Source: Camelus ferus
Lineage: Eukaryota
Direction of reading: 5' to 3'
DNA: 64,000 nt
Assembly (NCBI RefSeq): GCF_009834535.1
Contig: NC_045696.1
Span: 11,782,001-11,846,000, forward strand
The translations under genes were made by a program, and so were the position numbers. Positions 51,568 to 63,720 of the stretch are shown here, piece after piece (position 1 is the first letter of the stretch; each line of letters begins with the position of its first letter). Below the pieces are notes generated by a model that was not told the origin of the DNA, did not search any database, and worked only from the letters and a program-made list of their open reading frames with translations.

Positions 51568-53429
51568 TAAATATCTGGCTGAAGGATTAAAGAGGGATTT
51601 CATTTCCATAATTTATATTCTTCCTCTTTCTTAAAAGGATGTGATGAATATAACTGAATTTTTATTTTGAGAAATATTTTAAATAAAAGTCATACACCTA
51701 GTGCATTGGTATTCCTGCTTACTCTGGAAGAAATATCTTATCAATTGTCACTCTTCTCATCCCCCTTCAGTCCCTACTCTCATCTATTTCTCTCTGTGAA
51801 TGAATGCCTGTTGGTGTTTAAGTACTGAGGTCTCATCCACCTCCTTGTGAGCTGGGATGTTTAGAATCATCCGTCTGGGGCTTCCCATCTCAGATGTATT
51901 AACACTGTAGTGTGTGTATCAGCAACAGCCTGCCAGACTGTTGAAGGAACAGACACGGAGCTTCCACTCTTGTTTCTGTTTGTGTAGGTAGAGGAGACAT
52001 TTCCTTGGGGGAGACTTGACAACTTAAGAGGGTGGAGACTGGGACTTGGAAGTTATTGAGGAGATTCCAGTTCTGGGTTGGACTTGGTGACCTCTAAGAT
52101 CCTTTCTGTATCTTCAGATTTTGTGATAAGTGGCAGGGTGGGGCGTGGTGGGGGTCTGTGGCTGACATGGATGATTTCAGCCCCATCCCTTACCTCTGGG
52201 AGTGTCAACACCTGGCCAGGAGTAGGTGGGAGAGTCAGCTCTGAGATACATCAGGGTGAAGGGGGAACTGGCAAAAGTGCCTCCTTGTTTCCCCTTGGAC
52301 CTTCATGCTCTTTGAATGTCTTATTCATCTTTGTCTTGATCTTAGTAGATACTCAGTGTTTGTTATTTGAATAATAAATTGTCTGTAGCTTAAATTCCCT
52401 CTGCTGGGAGTCTTTAAGACCCTTTATTTTTAGAACTTTCCACTGCGCTTTATAAGTATGGCACAAACTTTCTAGAAAGTTGAGAGGCGGGAAACCTTCC
52501 CGAAGAGTCTAATAACCTGGGTTTCCCCCACCCTCCCTCTCCCCAACCTTGCTTTCTAGAAAATGCCTGTGTCAGCATGAATACGTTCCAGTGGGTGTGA
52601 GCAGTTTCAGTTCAAGGTGAGGCCAGGAAGCCTAGGCTGCTGGGTTAATAGGCAGGAAGTGTGAGGAATCTGGGGGGAGCTTATGGGTGTGTGGAGCTAG
52701 AGGCAGCTGCTGCCGGGGTGACTGTATCTGAGCAGGAGTGTGTCAGATGGATCCTCTGTGCCAGAGCCTCAGGGGTCTAGTCCTGAGTGGGTGACCTGGA
52801 GAGCTTTGGAAGTTCTTGAAAGCTTGACAGACGATTAGGATCAAGAAACATCGAGACGACAAGCTTTTGCGACTCTCACAGGGATACTGTGAAGGTCAAG
52901 TACATGATGAGCTATGTGACCCCAAACTCGCTGGAAGGATTCCCTTGTATGGAGCTCGAGGTCTGTGTGAGAGTTGGGAAGTTATCATATCATCTTAGAA
53001 GGAAGGGGAGTCATGGGACATTCCCCGGGGAACCTCCTCTCCAGGTGATATGCCTGGATTTCTCTATTCAGATTGACCTAAAAGGTTTAGAAGGTCATTA
53101 ATTTGCCAATTGAACTCAGTGTATACAGCCCCTGACCAGAGACAAAATAGCTGCATGTAAACTGGCCTAGGAGTTTCCAGAAGTTTCTGCTGTGCAGTGT
53201 GCATTCATCAGAGCCAGTTGAAACAGGTGATTGGGCCTTTGGCCTCATTTGGTTACGCCGTCCGCTCTCCAGGCCTCCACCTGCTTCCCATCTTTCCCCT
53301 CAGTCTGCAGCTGTAGGTCTGCAGATCTAAGCCTGTTTGCTAACTCATCTACCCAGGCCCCGGGGTGCTGTGTGGGCATCACCTCTGCCAGCCAGGCCTT
53401 AAAGCTTGCATAGCACGGTGGGAAGTGCT

Positions 53430-53577
53430 CAGGTGATGAGGTCAGGTGGACCAGGTTCTGAGTTACCAGGTGAGAAGGTCAGGTAGGCAGGATCCAGTGT
53501 TCCTAGGGGATGAGGTCAGGTTAAGCCGGTTCAAACTGATCAAGTGATGAGACCAGGCAGACCAGGTTCCCTGGGAG
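53430..53577. repeat. Degenerate 37-bp minisatellite, 4 units
   Basis: Units start at 53430, 53467, 53504 and 53541; shared pattern CAGGTGATGAGGTCAGG..CAGGTTC. Confidence 0.75.
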
Positions 53578-53649
53578 AGCTACTTAACATCTTGCCTCCT
53601 CAGTTTCTGTCTTCACATGGAAGATGGGTGGTGATACGTGTCCCTGGTG

Positions 53650-53880
53650 TAGGGGTTAATAGCACAGCTCTGACTTCAAACTGCCTGGGTTTGAATTCTG
53701 GCCCCATCAACTACTAGTGGTGTGACTTCAGGCAGGTCACTTCATTCTGCCTCAGTTTGTTCATCTGTAAAATAGGCTTAAATAGTGTGTGTCTCGCCAG
53801 AATGTTGGGGGAAGTAAATGGCTTCTCCCATCTATGATAAAAGCCTAGTAGTGCAAGGTGGACACCAAGTGCCATGTAAG
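53650..53880 (+). mobile_element. MIR
   Basis: CTGCCTGGGTTTGAATTCTGGC...TGTGACTTCAGGCAGGTCAC...GCCTCAGTTTGTTCATCTGTAAAAT. Confidence 0.85.
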
Positions 53881-55814
53881 TTTTGGCTCTAATGAATGAT
53901 CTAAAGGGGCATTACACAAATAAAATTAATATAAAACACTTGGGCAGAGTTTGGGCTCAGTACGCTTTACCTCATTTGCTGATTAACCTTGGCAGAGAGT
54001 AAACTCTGATTATATTTCCTGACTTCCCATTGGATCTTCCATTTTCTTGTTTCAAAGCTCTCGGGATCAAAATCATCATCAGCAACTGAAGGGAAATCTT
54101 GGTGCTCGTTGCCACCTAGCAAGGGAAGAGCACTGAGCTTCTGAGTTAGACAGGATGGACTTCTGGGTCCTGGTTCTGGTATTGGCTAGCCATGGAATTT
54201 GACCCTGAGTCTTAGTGTTTTTTCATCTGAGCAATGGGAATTAGGATGCTGGGAGGTGAATCCTGGCATATATTATTATCTCCACTTTATTAATGAGCAC
54301 ACAGGTTCAAAGATTTGCCCACAGTCACACAGTTAGTCTAGAAGCTCTTCACATTGTCCAGGATTGTCATAGAGTTTTTCATGCGATTGCTCTGAAATGA
54401 TGGTCTTTTTTCCTTCATTTTCAAAGTCCAGACATCCTCCTTAAAAGAGTCTTAATTGAGTGGTTCATGTGACTTGTCCTCCGTTGAGAAGAATTTTCTG
54501 TTGCTTATAGAAATCCATTGTGTTCCTGTAGATCTCTCTTAATTGCACTATCTGGGATTTTTTCTGCAAAAGCATTTAACTATTCAGTTCATTAAGCTAT
54601 ATTTAACAAAAATTGCATCTAATAAAGTTTCAGGGCACCCTTTTTATGTCTTGGTGCTGTATCTCTGTTGTTTGGTAACATTTGTAGAGAGGAATTAAAT
54701 ATAACTTAGATTGTTTTATTTGATTTACTTCCCTTTGTAGGTACCTTTTGTAAGGTGTGAAAAGTTGCAAAGAGAAATCTCATTTTGCAGAGGAATTACT
54801 GCTGTTTAAAAACATGGTATTGGGTGCCGGGACAAAGCTGTTTAAAGCCTTGAATGATGACAGTCCATTGAAAATGATTGAGGATGTGCTAAGATTTGTT
54901 TTACAGATGGATGGTGAATTATAGCAGTTGCTCCTAAATTTAAACAATGGATTTTGTGGTTGTAGCTTAAAAATGTGTCACATTAATATACTGGGTAGTA
55001 TTAATTTCTAGGATAGGGAAGCAAAATCTTAATTTGTTATTTAAATTGTTTGAAGTGAAAGAAACGTTCTAGTTATCACTATTTTCAGCTCTTGCTATGT
55101 TATTTCCAGTCATCCCATTTGGATAAAACTATTTGCAAAGGACTACTTTGGTTGAAAAAATGGGCTTTTCAGATGTTGCCGAACACTTGTGCTAGAAACA
55201 TCCTTTTAGAGGACTGGTGGTCCAGTTCACTCACTGCCGATGGGGAGCCTGAGGCTCAGTAACCATGGCTTCTCTAGAATATGAACAAGTATGTTTAATA
55301 ATTCATAGTAGGGATATGTTTAATAATTTCTTAACATTGGGAGTTCTTGCTCACCTTTACTTTTTCTTTTTCTTTTTTTTGTAAACAACAGAAATTTATT
55401 TCTTACAGTTCTGGATTTGGAAATCCAAGGTCAGGGTGCCAGCATGGTCAGGTTAGAGTGAGGGTCCTCTTCCAGGATGCAGACTTCTCAGTGAGTTTTC
55501 ACCCTCACCCTGCAGAAGCAGGTGAGGAATCTGGAGTGCTTCACCTTTACTTCTTAGAGGATCAATTGTGAATGTGTGTTTCACATCACATTTGTGATGT
55601 GAAAACCAAGGCTCAGAGAGGTTAAGTAATTTGCTCAAGGTAACACAGCTAGTGAGTGTTGAAGCCTTAGGTTTTCTGAAATTCTAGAATCTGATCTTTA
55701 AGAAAAATCCCAGAACCTTTTAATTTTTGGTAATTTAAACTAAGACATCCAGCTTGATATTTTGTCAACTTTTTGTTATTTCCAGTTATCTGACCATAAA
55801 ATAGAAAGTCTAGT

Positions 55815-55990
55815 TCGTACAGGGAACTATATTCAACATCTTATAGTAACCTATATGAAAAAGAATATGAAAATGAATATATGTATGTATATGTATGACT
55901 GAGACATTATGCTGTACACCAGAAATTGACACATTGTAAACTGACTATACTTAAATAATTTAATAAAAATTACATAAGAAAAAAAAAAGA
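55815..55990 (+). mobile_element. L1 3' terminal fragment
   Basis: ACAGGGAACTATATTCAA...GCTGTACACCAGAAATTGACACATTGTAAACTGACTATAC plus A-rich tail. Confidence 0.9.
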
Positions 55991-56824
55991 AAGCCATCCT
56001 CATTAAGAATTTTAGGAGGAGGGATTCTTTTTAGAGAAAGTGGCAGAGTTGAGGTAATTAAGAGTAAATCTAGCAATCTATCCCTTCTTAAGAAGTTCAG
56101 GAAAAAGCAATCACAAAGCCACGTGATGTGTGAGCTCACGCACTTAGGGAAGGAGAGAAATTGAGCATGGATCATTTATTAAGCACCTGCTCTGTGGCAA
56201 GCTGTGTTCTTTCACTCATGCTGTGTATAAACCCCTGACATTAGTAAGGCATGGGTCCTTTCCAGGATTTACTGTCTCGTTATGAAGCAGGTGTTCCTTC
56301 ACCTGTGGAAAAGGCGGCAGAAGCCTGGAGAGTTTTTAATTGGTCCAGTGCGGGGAGTTGGTGGGCGAAGCCAGTCTTGAATTCAGCTTCTGATGCCAAG
56401 AGCAGGGTTCTTTCTCCTACCCCACAGCTTATGTTACACAATGTTTCTTTATGTTTATATGCCATATAAATCTCCAGTCGGATGGCTGGGAAGTGCTTTT
56501 GGCTGGCTTTGTTGCTTCAGCTGTCTGGAAGGAATGGCTTTCATAAACACGGAGAGCGAACTGGATTTTCACTTTGGGATAATTCATATTACAGAAGTGG
56601 GAAAGGTCATTACCACGGGAATTCCATTAATCCCTGAAGCAGTGGGTCCTAAATGAGTTGGCCTGCCCTAGGATGGTCACATTTTTTTCACTGTTGGTAT
56701 TAAATACCACAGACACTTTTTTAAAAGAAAAGTTCAATGAACGTAAATTTAAACTCAAAAAGAAGGGAAAAATAAAACGTTACCCATAAACTCATTATTC
56801 TTAAACAGCTATTGCTAGTGTTTC

Positions 56825-57625
56825 TGTTTTTAAAAAAAATTTTTGTGGTATTACACATAGCATAAAATTGACCATTTTACACATTTTTAAGTGTCCAGTT
56901 CAGTGATACATTCGCATTGCTGTACAGCTGTCACCAATATCCATCTCCAGAACTTTTTCATCTTCCCAAACTGAACTTCCATACCCATTAAACAACCACT
57001 CCCCCTTTCTCCCTTCCCCAATCCCTGACAACTGTTATTTTATTTTATGAGTTTGACTATTCTAGATACTTCATATAAGTAGAATCATAAACAGTATTGG
57101 TCCTTTTGTGACGGGCTAATTTCTTAGCATCATGTCCCCAAGTTTCATCTATGTTGTAGCAGGTCATAATTTCCTTCCTTGCTGAGGCTAAGTAATATTC
57201 CATTGTATGTGTATGCTATATTTTGTTTATCTCGTCATCTGATGATGGACACTTTCATCGTTTCCCTGTCTTGGCTGTTGTGAATAATGCTGGTATGAAC
57301 TTAGGTGTACAAATATCTATCCGAGTCCCTGCTTTCTGTTCTTTTGAGTGTGTACCCGGGAGTGAATTAGTGGATCATTCATGATAATTCTGTATTTAAG
57401 TTTTTGAGGAACTGCCACACCGTTTTCCACAGTGGCTGCACCAGTGTACGTGCCCACCAGCAACGCACAAGGGTTCTGATTTCTCCCCATCCTTGCCATT
57501 ACACGCTATTTTCTGTATTTTGATAATGGCCATCCTAATGGGTGTGAAGTGATACCTCATTGTAGCTTTGATGTGCATTTCCCTAGTGGTTAGTGATGTT
57601 GAGCATCTTTTCATGTGCTTGTTGT
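56825..57625 (-). mobile_element. Older L1 (L1M-type) 3' fragment
   Basis: ORF 57396-57614(-) [32 protein letters not shown] is an ORF2p remnant; L1 3' UTR upstream on the + strand. Confidence 0.92.
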
Positions 57626-58456
57626 TCGTGTTCTACAATACTATTGTTATTATTTAACCATGTTATTGTTAGTATTTTCCTTCTGGTGTTTACCTTGGCG
57701 TCTGTTTTTCTTTTTTCTTTCCTGAATGTAATCATGGTGAACACAAAACTATGTTCAGAATATTCTATATTTTCCACCAACTATCTTCATCAACAGGTTT
57801 CGTGTGGCAGCAATGTGCGAAGGTATATCTCAAACCTACCCAATTGGTGCTATTTTTAGTGGTAATTTTCGCCACTGCAAATTCTTCTCCTTAGGAAACC
57901 CAGGAACACTGGGATGTTAGCAGCCATCTGTTGGTAATATTGCAGGGCCAGGCACACTGTGGATTTCAAATAGAAGGCTCTGGGGTTTATTATGAAGTGA
58001 AAGGAGTCTTAGGACCAGTTATAACTTTTCTGATGCCTGGAGGTTTGGAGACAGCCTGTCCATGATATGTATGATATGTAACTTGGACCCTCAATGAATG
58101 GGTTAATTGCATTGCTTTGATTCCTAAACAGAAAATAGTGTTTGTGGGATGAGCAGACCTTTCTCTCCCAAGGTGGTGTTCTAAACTTCCTTTTGTCTTT
58201 TATTTGGAATCTGGAGTGTTTTTCATAGAAACAATGACTTTCCCAGGCTGTCCCTGAGGACCATAGAACCCACATGTCTATTCACTGGAGCTGGCAAGGC
58301 ATGCTGGGAAGATCAGACTGATGGAGTCTGCACTTGGCTTTGTCCCATGCCTCTGACTGCCCGTCCCGCTGAGCCCAAGTTTCCTAGTCCATACCATGGA
58401 AATAGGACCTGTCAGCATGTGTTGTTGTTCAAAAAAGAAGTGAACTGATTAATGAG

Positions 58457-58867
58457 TGTATTAGTTTCCTAAGCCACAAATTTGATGGCTTAAAATAGTG
58501 CTAATTTCCTTCCAGTTCTGGAAGCCAGAAGTCCAAAATCAGCCTCACTGGCTCAAAATCAAGATTGTCGGCAGGGGTACACTTCCTCCAAGACTCCAGG
58601 GGAGAATCTGTACTCTACCTCTTCCAGCTTCGGGTGGCTGCCCGCGTTCCTTGGCTTGTGGCCGCATCACTCCCGTCTGCCTCTGTGTGCCTTCTCCTCT
58701 TATATCTTTGAAATCTCCCTCTGCTTCCATTTTATTAGGATACTGGTGATTGCATTTTGATTAAGATCCTTAACTTATATCTTTTCCCATGTAGAGTAGT
58801 ATTCATAGGTTTTGGGAATTAGGGTTTGGGAACATCTTGGGGGGGGGACCTTTTTTAGCCTTCCACA
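58457..58867 (-). mobile_element. ERVL-MaLR solo LTR (MLT1C/D-like) with intact TSD
   Basis: TGTATTAGTTTCCT...CCACA termini; perfect 5-bp TSD ATGAG at 58452-58456 / 58868-58872. Confidence 0.9.
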
Positions 58868-59758
58868 ATGAGGAAAAATCGTAAGAGTATTCTCCACCAG
58901 AGGCTGTATGTGATTGTGATTGTCTTAGCTCCTTACACAGGTCACCTGCGATCACGTGGTGGAGCAGGGAAGAGTTATGGCTTTAACCCCTTCACTGTGA
59001 GTATGTGGGCGCCTGGCACGGTGCCTAGCAGAAGACAGGAGCCCAGTACATACCAATTTTTTATGTTTCTAAGAAGTTTCTGCTACACTGCCCTGACTTT
59101 CATTCAGTTTTATTTTAATGTCCTTTTGTCCATTTCTTCTTCTCCTTCATTTCCTCCTCCTCCCCCCTCTTCTCCCCCTCCCCCCCTTCTTCTTAATGCT
59201 GGATGAGCTTAGTTGGGTAGGCACCAAGAGCATACTGAGTTTTACACGGCTGGGACTTGGGATCAGGAGGTGAGAGGACAGGGTGCCACATATTGTGGGT
59301 TAATCACACGAGGGTGGTTTCTTCCCTTTGGGAGCCCATGGGGATGGTTCCCGTGGAGCCAGTGAAGACCCCTTGTGAGACACAAACCCCTGTCATTCCC
59401 AACATTTCTGAGTATGTTTTCACTGCCCAAGGGATCTTACGTTGGACCATGGTCATGACCGGGAGCCCTGCATTCTTTTCTGTTAATCACTTGCTCCATG
59501 GAAATCGTGACCAGCTCCAGTTTCGTCCTGTAGGAATGGGTGTTGCTGTCACTGTGTGCCTGAAAGTATGTGGTGGTGGACAGCTGATAGCCTGTGAAGC
59601 TGCTGATTTCACACTGCCCTCTCTGATTCTAAAAGAGGTTCCTTAGGTTAATTCAACAAGCATGTGTTTATCGGATACCAGACTCTGAAGGGCTTGTAGG
59701 ACAGAGGGCCTAAGCTTAGTGGGTAGAGGTGGAATAAGGTATTGACTTAAAGCTACGG

Positions 59759-60403
59759 CAGTGGGTGCCAAGCTTGAAGGGACGTCAGAATTTGCTTTAA
59801 CAAGAAGTCTTGTTACTTTCCCTCCAAGAAGGGGGTGGCAGCAACTTGTACAGCCATGACCAAGATTAAGGCTCGAGACCTTTGCATCAAGAAGAGGGAG
59901 CTGCTGAAACCCGTGGAGGACCTGAAGGTGTAGCTGTCCCAGCTGCGTGACACTAAAGTGACAGGCGGTGTGGCTTCTGAGCTCTCCAAGATCCGAGTTG
60001 TTCACAAATCCATTGCCTGTGTTCTCACCGTTATTAACCAGATTCAGAAAGAGAACCTCAGGAAGTTCTATGAAGACAAGAAGTACAAGCCCCTGGATCT
60101 GCAGCCCCGGGAAACGCGCGCCACGCGCCGCCAGCTCAGCAAGCAGCAAGAGAACCCGAAGACCCAAGGCTGAGAAGCAGCAGTGGAAGGAGCAGCTGGA
60201 CCCACCGCCACGGTCTGCAGTCAAGGCCTGAGCATCCAGGCGCCAATAAAACAGACTGGGTGGGGGTGGGGTGGGGTGGGGTGGGGGAGGTGGGAGGAAG
60301 CCCTGTTAAAGCCCAGAGTTTCTGATTTAGCAGGTCTGCGGTGGAGGGCAAGGATTTTGATGTTGGTGCTGCTGGTCCAGGGACCACACTTTGAGAAGCG
60401 CTG
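59759..60403. mobile_element. MER5A-like hAT-Charlie MITE split by the RPL35 retrocopy
   Basis: Left arm CAGTGGGTGCCAAGCTTGAAGGGACGTCAGAAT (59759-59815). Right arm CCCAGAGTTTCTGATTTAGCAGGTCTG...GCTGCTGGTCCAGGGACCACACTTTGAGAAGCGCTG (60309-60403). Confidence 0.7.
59816..60257 (+). pseudogene. RPL35: Processed pseudogene of 60S ribosomal protein L35 (uL29)
   Basis: Intronless copy with a 5'TOP-like CTTTCCCTC start. ATG 59856 reads MTKIKARDLCIKKRELLKPVEDLKV*, then [37 protein letters not shown]. Premature TAG at 59931-59933, net +7 nt frameshift near 60165, native VKA-TGA at 60229-60231, AATAAA at 60245-60250. Degenerate TSD 59802-59815 / 60295-60308 (11/14). Confidence 0.97.
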
Positions 60404-61752
60404 TACCCGGGGCCTGGAGGACAGAGTATGTAACCCGACCTAGAGGTCAGAAGGGCTTCACAGAGGTGGGGGTGGTTCCAGCTGGCCTCGGAAGGATGGG
60501 TCGGATTTTCCTAGACGGGCAAAGGAAGATGGGGGCGTTTCAGGGAAATGAGGTGTGTCTGGCGGGGCGGGGGTTGGTGGTGGGTTGTGATTTTGGAGGG
60601 CTGGCCTGTAAGTGGAGAGTGAAGAAAGGGGCAAAGGTGGAGAATAAACTCTCCTGTGCCCATGGAGCCAGCGTCCACCCCTTGGAGGGTCTTTTGGTCT
60701 CGGGTTTCTGTAAAAGTGCCATCGCGTCTACGAAGGAAATCTCAGGGTGCTCTTTGGCCAAGAGTTGCCAAACCCGGTGAGGCTGTTCCACCCACTTCTG
60801 TGTCGGAATCTCGAAATGGGTTTGGAAGCTGCTGTACGTGTGTGATAGGAGTAAAGAGGGTTGGAAGCAAGAAGAAATGTGGCTGCGTCTCGCTTTCCAT
60901 CTCTCCCAACTTAGAACACAGGCTTTCCGGTGGAACAAAGTCGGCTTTGTCCTGGGGCCCCACCGGCTTCGGGCGCCAGGAGGCCTGCTTTTTGCGGAGA
61001 GAGGGCAGCTCAGCCACACGGGCAGGGACCACACCCAGACCTACGGGCGCGGGCTCTGCAGTTCAAATCCTGAAGGATTTTAGGGCTGTGGTTGGATCAA
61101 GATTGAAATCAAAATGAATTTTTTACTTTCTTTCCACCTTGTAGCTTAACATTTTTAGCAGCCGTATTCCTGACCCTGAGCGTGGGTGGCTCACCTTTAG
61201 ACTCCTAGAAACAGGAACCTAGAATTTGCATTCTCTCGTTCAACCAGTTTGGTTGGATAATTGCCTTTTCAGTTAGAAAACAGTTTTTACTTTTAGTCCT
61301 GGGTTTGTATTACATTTTGAGGCAAACATCTTTGATTTTACAGTCAGTGAATCTATTCTTAATTTCAAGTCTTAGATCATGAGGTGGAGGGAATTTGGGA
61401 TAAGGTGGGGGGGGGGGCGGTCAGAGCAGAAGTACAAGGGGATTTTTTTCTCCCGAGTAATGCCCCTTTGTTGCAGTCCTTTGGAGAAATGTGCTGGAAC
61501 ATTGGTTTTGCAAGTAAATTTGGTTTGATGTAAAGACAGCAACTGACAGGAGTGATTCCTATATGAGAGACTTCTTTAAAACAAATTCAGTTTCAGTTTT
61601 TTGACAAGGGTGTGTTCTAGTTTCCAAGGAGCTTATTTTGACAGTCTTGATTCTTTGCTAAAGAACACGGAAGAATGACTAGTGCTGAGAGGGTGGGAGT
61701 TTGGGTTATCGACCCTCCTGGTGGCTACACTGTAGTGATTAAGAGTCTATAT

Positions 61753-61878
61753 TGTGGTGATGGATGCTAACCAGACTTATTGTGGTGAGCATTTGCAATG
61801 TATACATATATTGAATTAATATGTTGTATATTTAACTAATATAATAATGTTATGTTCAATTAAATCTCAATTAAAAAA
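61753..61878 (+). mobile_element. Short L1 3' fragment
   Basis: TGGTGATGGATGCTAACCAGACTTATTGTGGTGAGCATTT...AATTAAATCTCAATTAAAAA. Confidence 0.8.
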
Positions 61879-62019
61879 TGATTATGAATGTTTGCATTTT
61901 GCAAGATGGTAGCACTGAAACTCAAAAGGAATTTTGCTTAATGATGAACACAGGCATCTGAAATACTGAGAAAATTGACTAAGAGATTAATTCTCAGCTG
62001 CACGGTCTAGTGGGGGAAG

Positions 62020-62280
62020 AGCACAGAGCTCAGTTGCCTGAGCTTGAATACCAGCTCTAAGACCCTGAGAAGCCACTTGTCCAATGTTAAGTGACTTCTC
62101 AGGGTCTTAGTGTCCTCACCTGTAAAATGGGCATATTATATAGTTCATCTGTCTTACAGGGTCATTGTGAAGATTAAATGAGTTAATATCTGTGAGGAGC
62201 TTAAAGCAGTGCCTGGTGCATGGTACATGAGTATGTATGGAACATATATGTGTGCATGTGTGTAAATGTTTATTAAAATA
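62020..62280 (+). mobile_element. MIR
   Basis: CCTCACCTGTAAAATGGG...GTGAAGATTAAATGAGTTAATA...GTGCCTGG. Confidence 0.85.
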
Positions 62281-62289
62281 AATCGCTTT

Positions 62290-62492
62290 CCACAGACTCA
62301 CAGACATAGAGAACAAACTTATGATTACCAGAGGGGAAGGCGGTGGGAAGGGGTAAGTTGGGAGTTGGAGATTTGTAGATACTAACTACTGTATATAAAA
62401 TAGATAAACAACAAGTTTATGCTGTACCAAGCACAGGGAACTATATTCAATATCTTATAGTAACCTATAATGAAAAGGGATATGAAAATGAA
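62290..62492 (+). mobile_element. L1 3' UTR fragment
   Basis: ACAGACTCACAGACATAGAGAACAAACTTATG...AGCACAGGGAACTATATTCAATATC. Confidence 0.9.
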
Positions 62493-62851
62493 AAACAATC
62501 ACTTTTTAGATAAGAATGATGTTGAAAAAAAATGTTAAACTTTACTGACTTTTTAGCACAGAGCTATTAGCCCTCTTGAAACCCTACATAGTCTTTAATG
62601 TTCAATTTCTAGTTCTAGAATGTTCTCATTTTCTCTGTGTTTAGAGAAGATTATCTTAGACTTTGGAAAAGAGAAGAAGGCACTGGGGGTTTTCCTCAGA
62701 ATTTAGTCCCTGACTGAAGTTAAATAGTTTGAGGGAAAAAAAGAGCAGGAAGAGTCTTCTAGAGGGTTGGTTCTGTGGTTTATAACTGTGGGTTGTAAGG
62801 CATTTGCTGGTTTATTAAGGGCTGTCTTGATAACATTTAAAAATTGCAGTA

Positions 62852-63051
62852 AATGTATATAAAATAGATAAACAACTAGTTTATAATGTATAGCACAGGG
62901 AACTATATTCAATATCTTGTAATAACCTATAATGAAAAAGAATATGAAAATGAATATATGTATGTATATGTGTGACTGAAATATTATGCTGTACACCAGA
63001 ATTTGACATAACATTGCAAACTGACTATACGTTAATAAAAAAAGAAAGGAA
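62852..63051 (+). mobile_element. L1 3' terminal fragment with TSD
   Basis: TSD AAAAATTGCAGTA at 62839-62851 / 63052-63064. Confidence 0.93.
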
Positions 63052-63509
63052 AAAAATTGCAGTAGAATAAAAAATTTCAGTGCACCTCACCTGATAAAGG
63101 TAGGTGTCATGTAGGACATTGTGTTACATACTTGTGGGCTAGGTTTATCATTGGACCGTAACTCACTGCCCTCCTTTGTATCACCTGCCAGGATAGTGTC
63201 TCTTGTCTGCCTCTGCCAGTCAGTTCCAAATACCTATCAGTTTCACATGGGCTCTCGAATTAGATTTTCTAAAAAATATTTTCCCCCTTGCCCTAGCAAC
63301 CAGGTGTAAGCTTGGGGTTTTAATACTTTTGGAATTTTTTTTTAATATTAAACTTTTCCTCATGGCACTTTGGTGAATTTTGAGGTTGCACATGATCAGT
63401 CCAGGGTCGGGGAGGCCTGATCCAAGAGTTTTAGGGATGTCATGCACAACTGAGAGAAGCATGCTTTGGTGTCATAACTCTTTGTTAGGATCAATCAAAC
63501 AGTTTTATA

Positions 63510-63720
63510 ACTTTGACTCTATGCCAGACATACAGTCTTTATAAATATTACCTCATTTGATTTTTATAATAGTATGAACTAGATGATGCCATCATCATCA
63601 CCCCCCATTTTACAGATAAGGAAAGCTGAGGCCCCGAGGGCATGACTTGGCCAAGGCTGGGTGACTGGTAACTGACAGAGCTGGGATCTGAGTTCAGGCA
63701 TTCTGGCTATAGAGACAGTG
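63510..63720 (-). mobile_element. MIR
   Basis: CCCCATTTTACAGATAAGGAAAGCTGAGGC core. Confidence 0.8.

Noticed and set aside
52880..52975. ATGATGA C-box and a coding-looking stretch
   Set aside because: No matching D box or stem, translations resemble nothing I recognise, and there are no convincing splice sites.
53430..53577. CRISPR-like repeat-spacer interpretation of the 37-bp array
   Set aside because: Eukaryotic context, no cas genes, repeats not identical, and the variable halves are still related to each other.
59958..60173. 71-aa RPL35-like ORF as a functional gene
   Set aside because: Fragment between a premature TAG and a frameshift stop, with a GTG start and many non-conservative substitutions.
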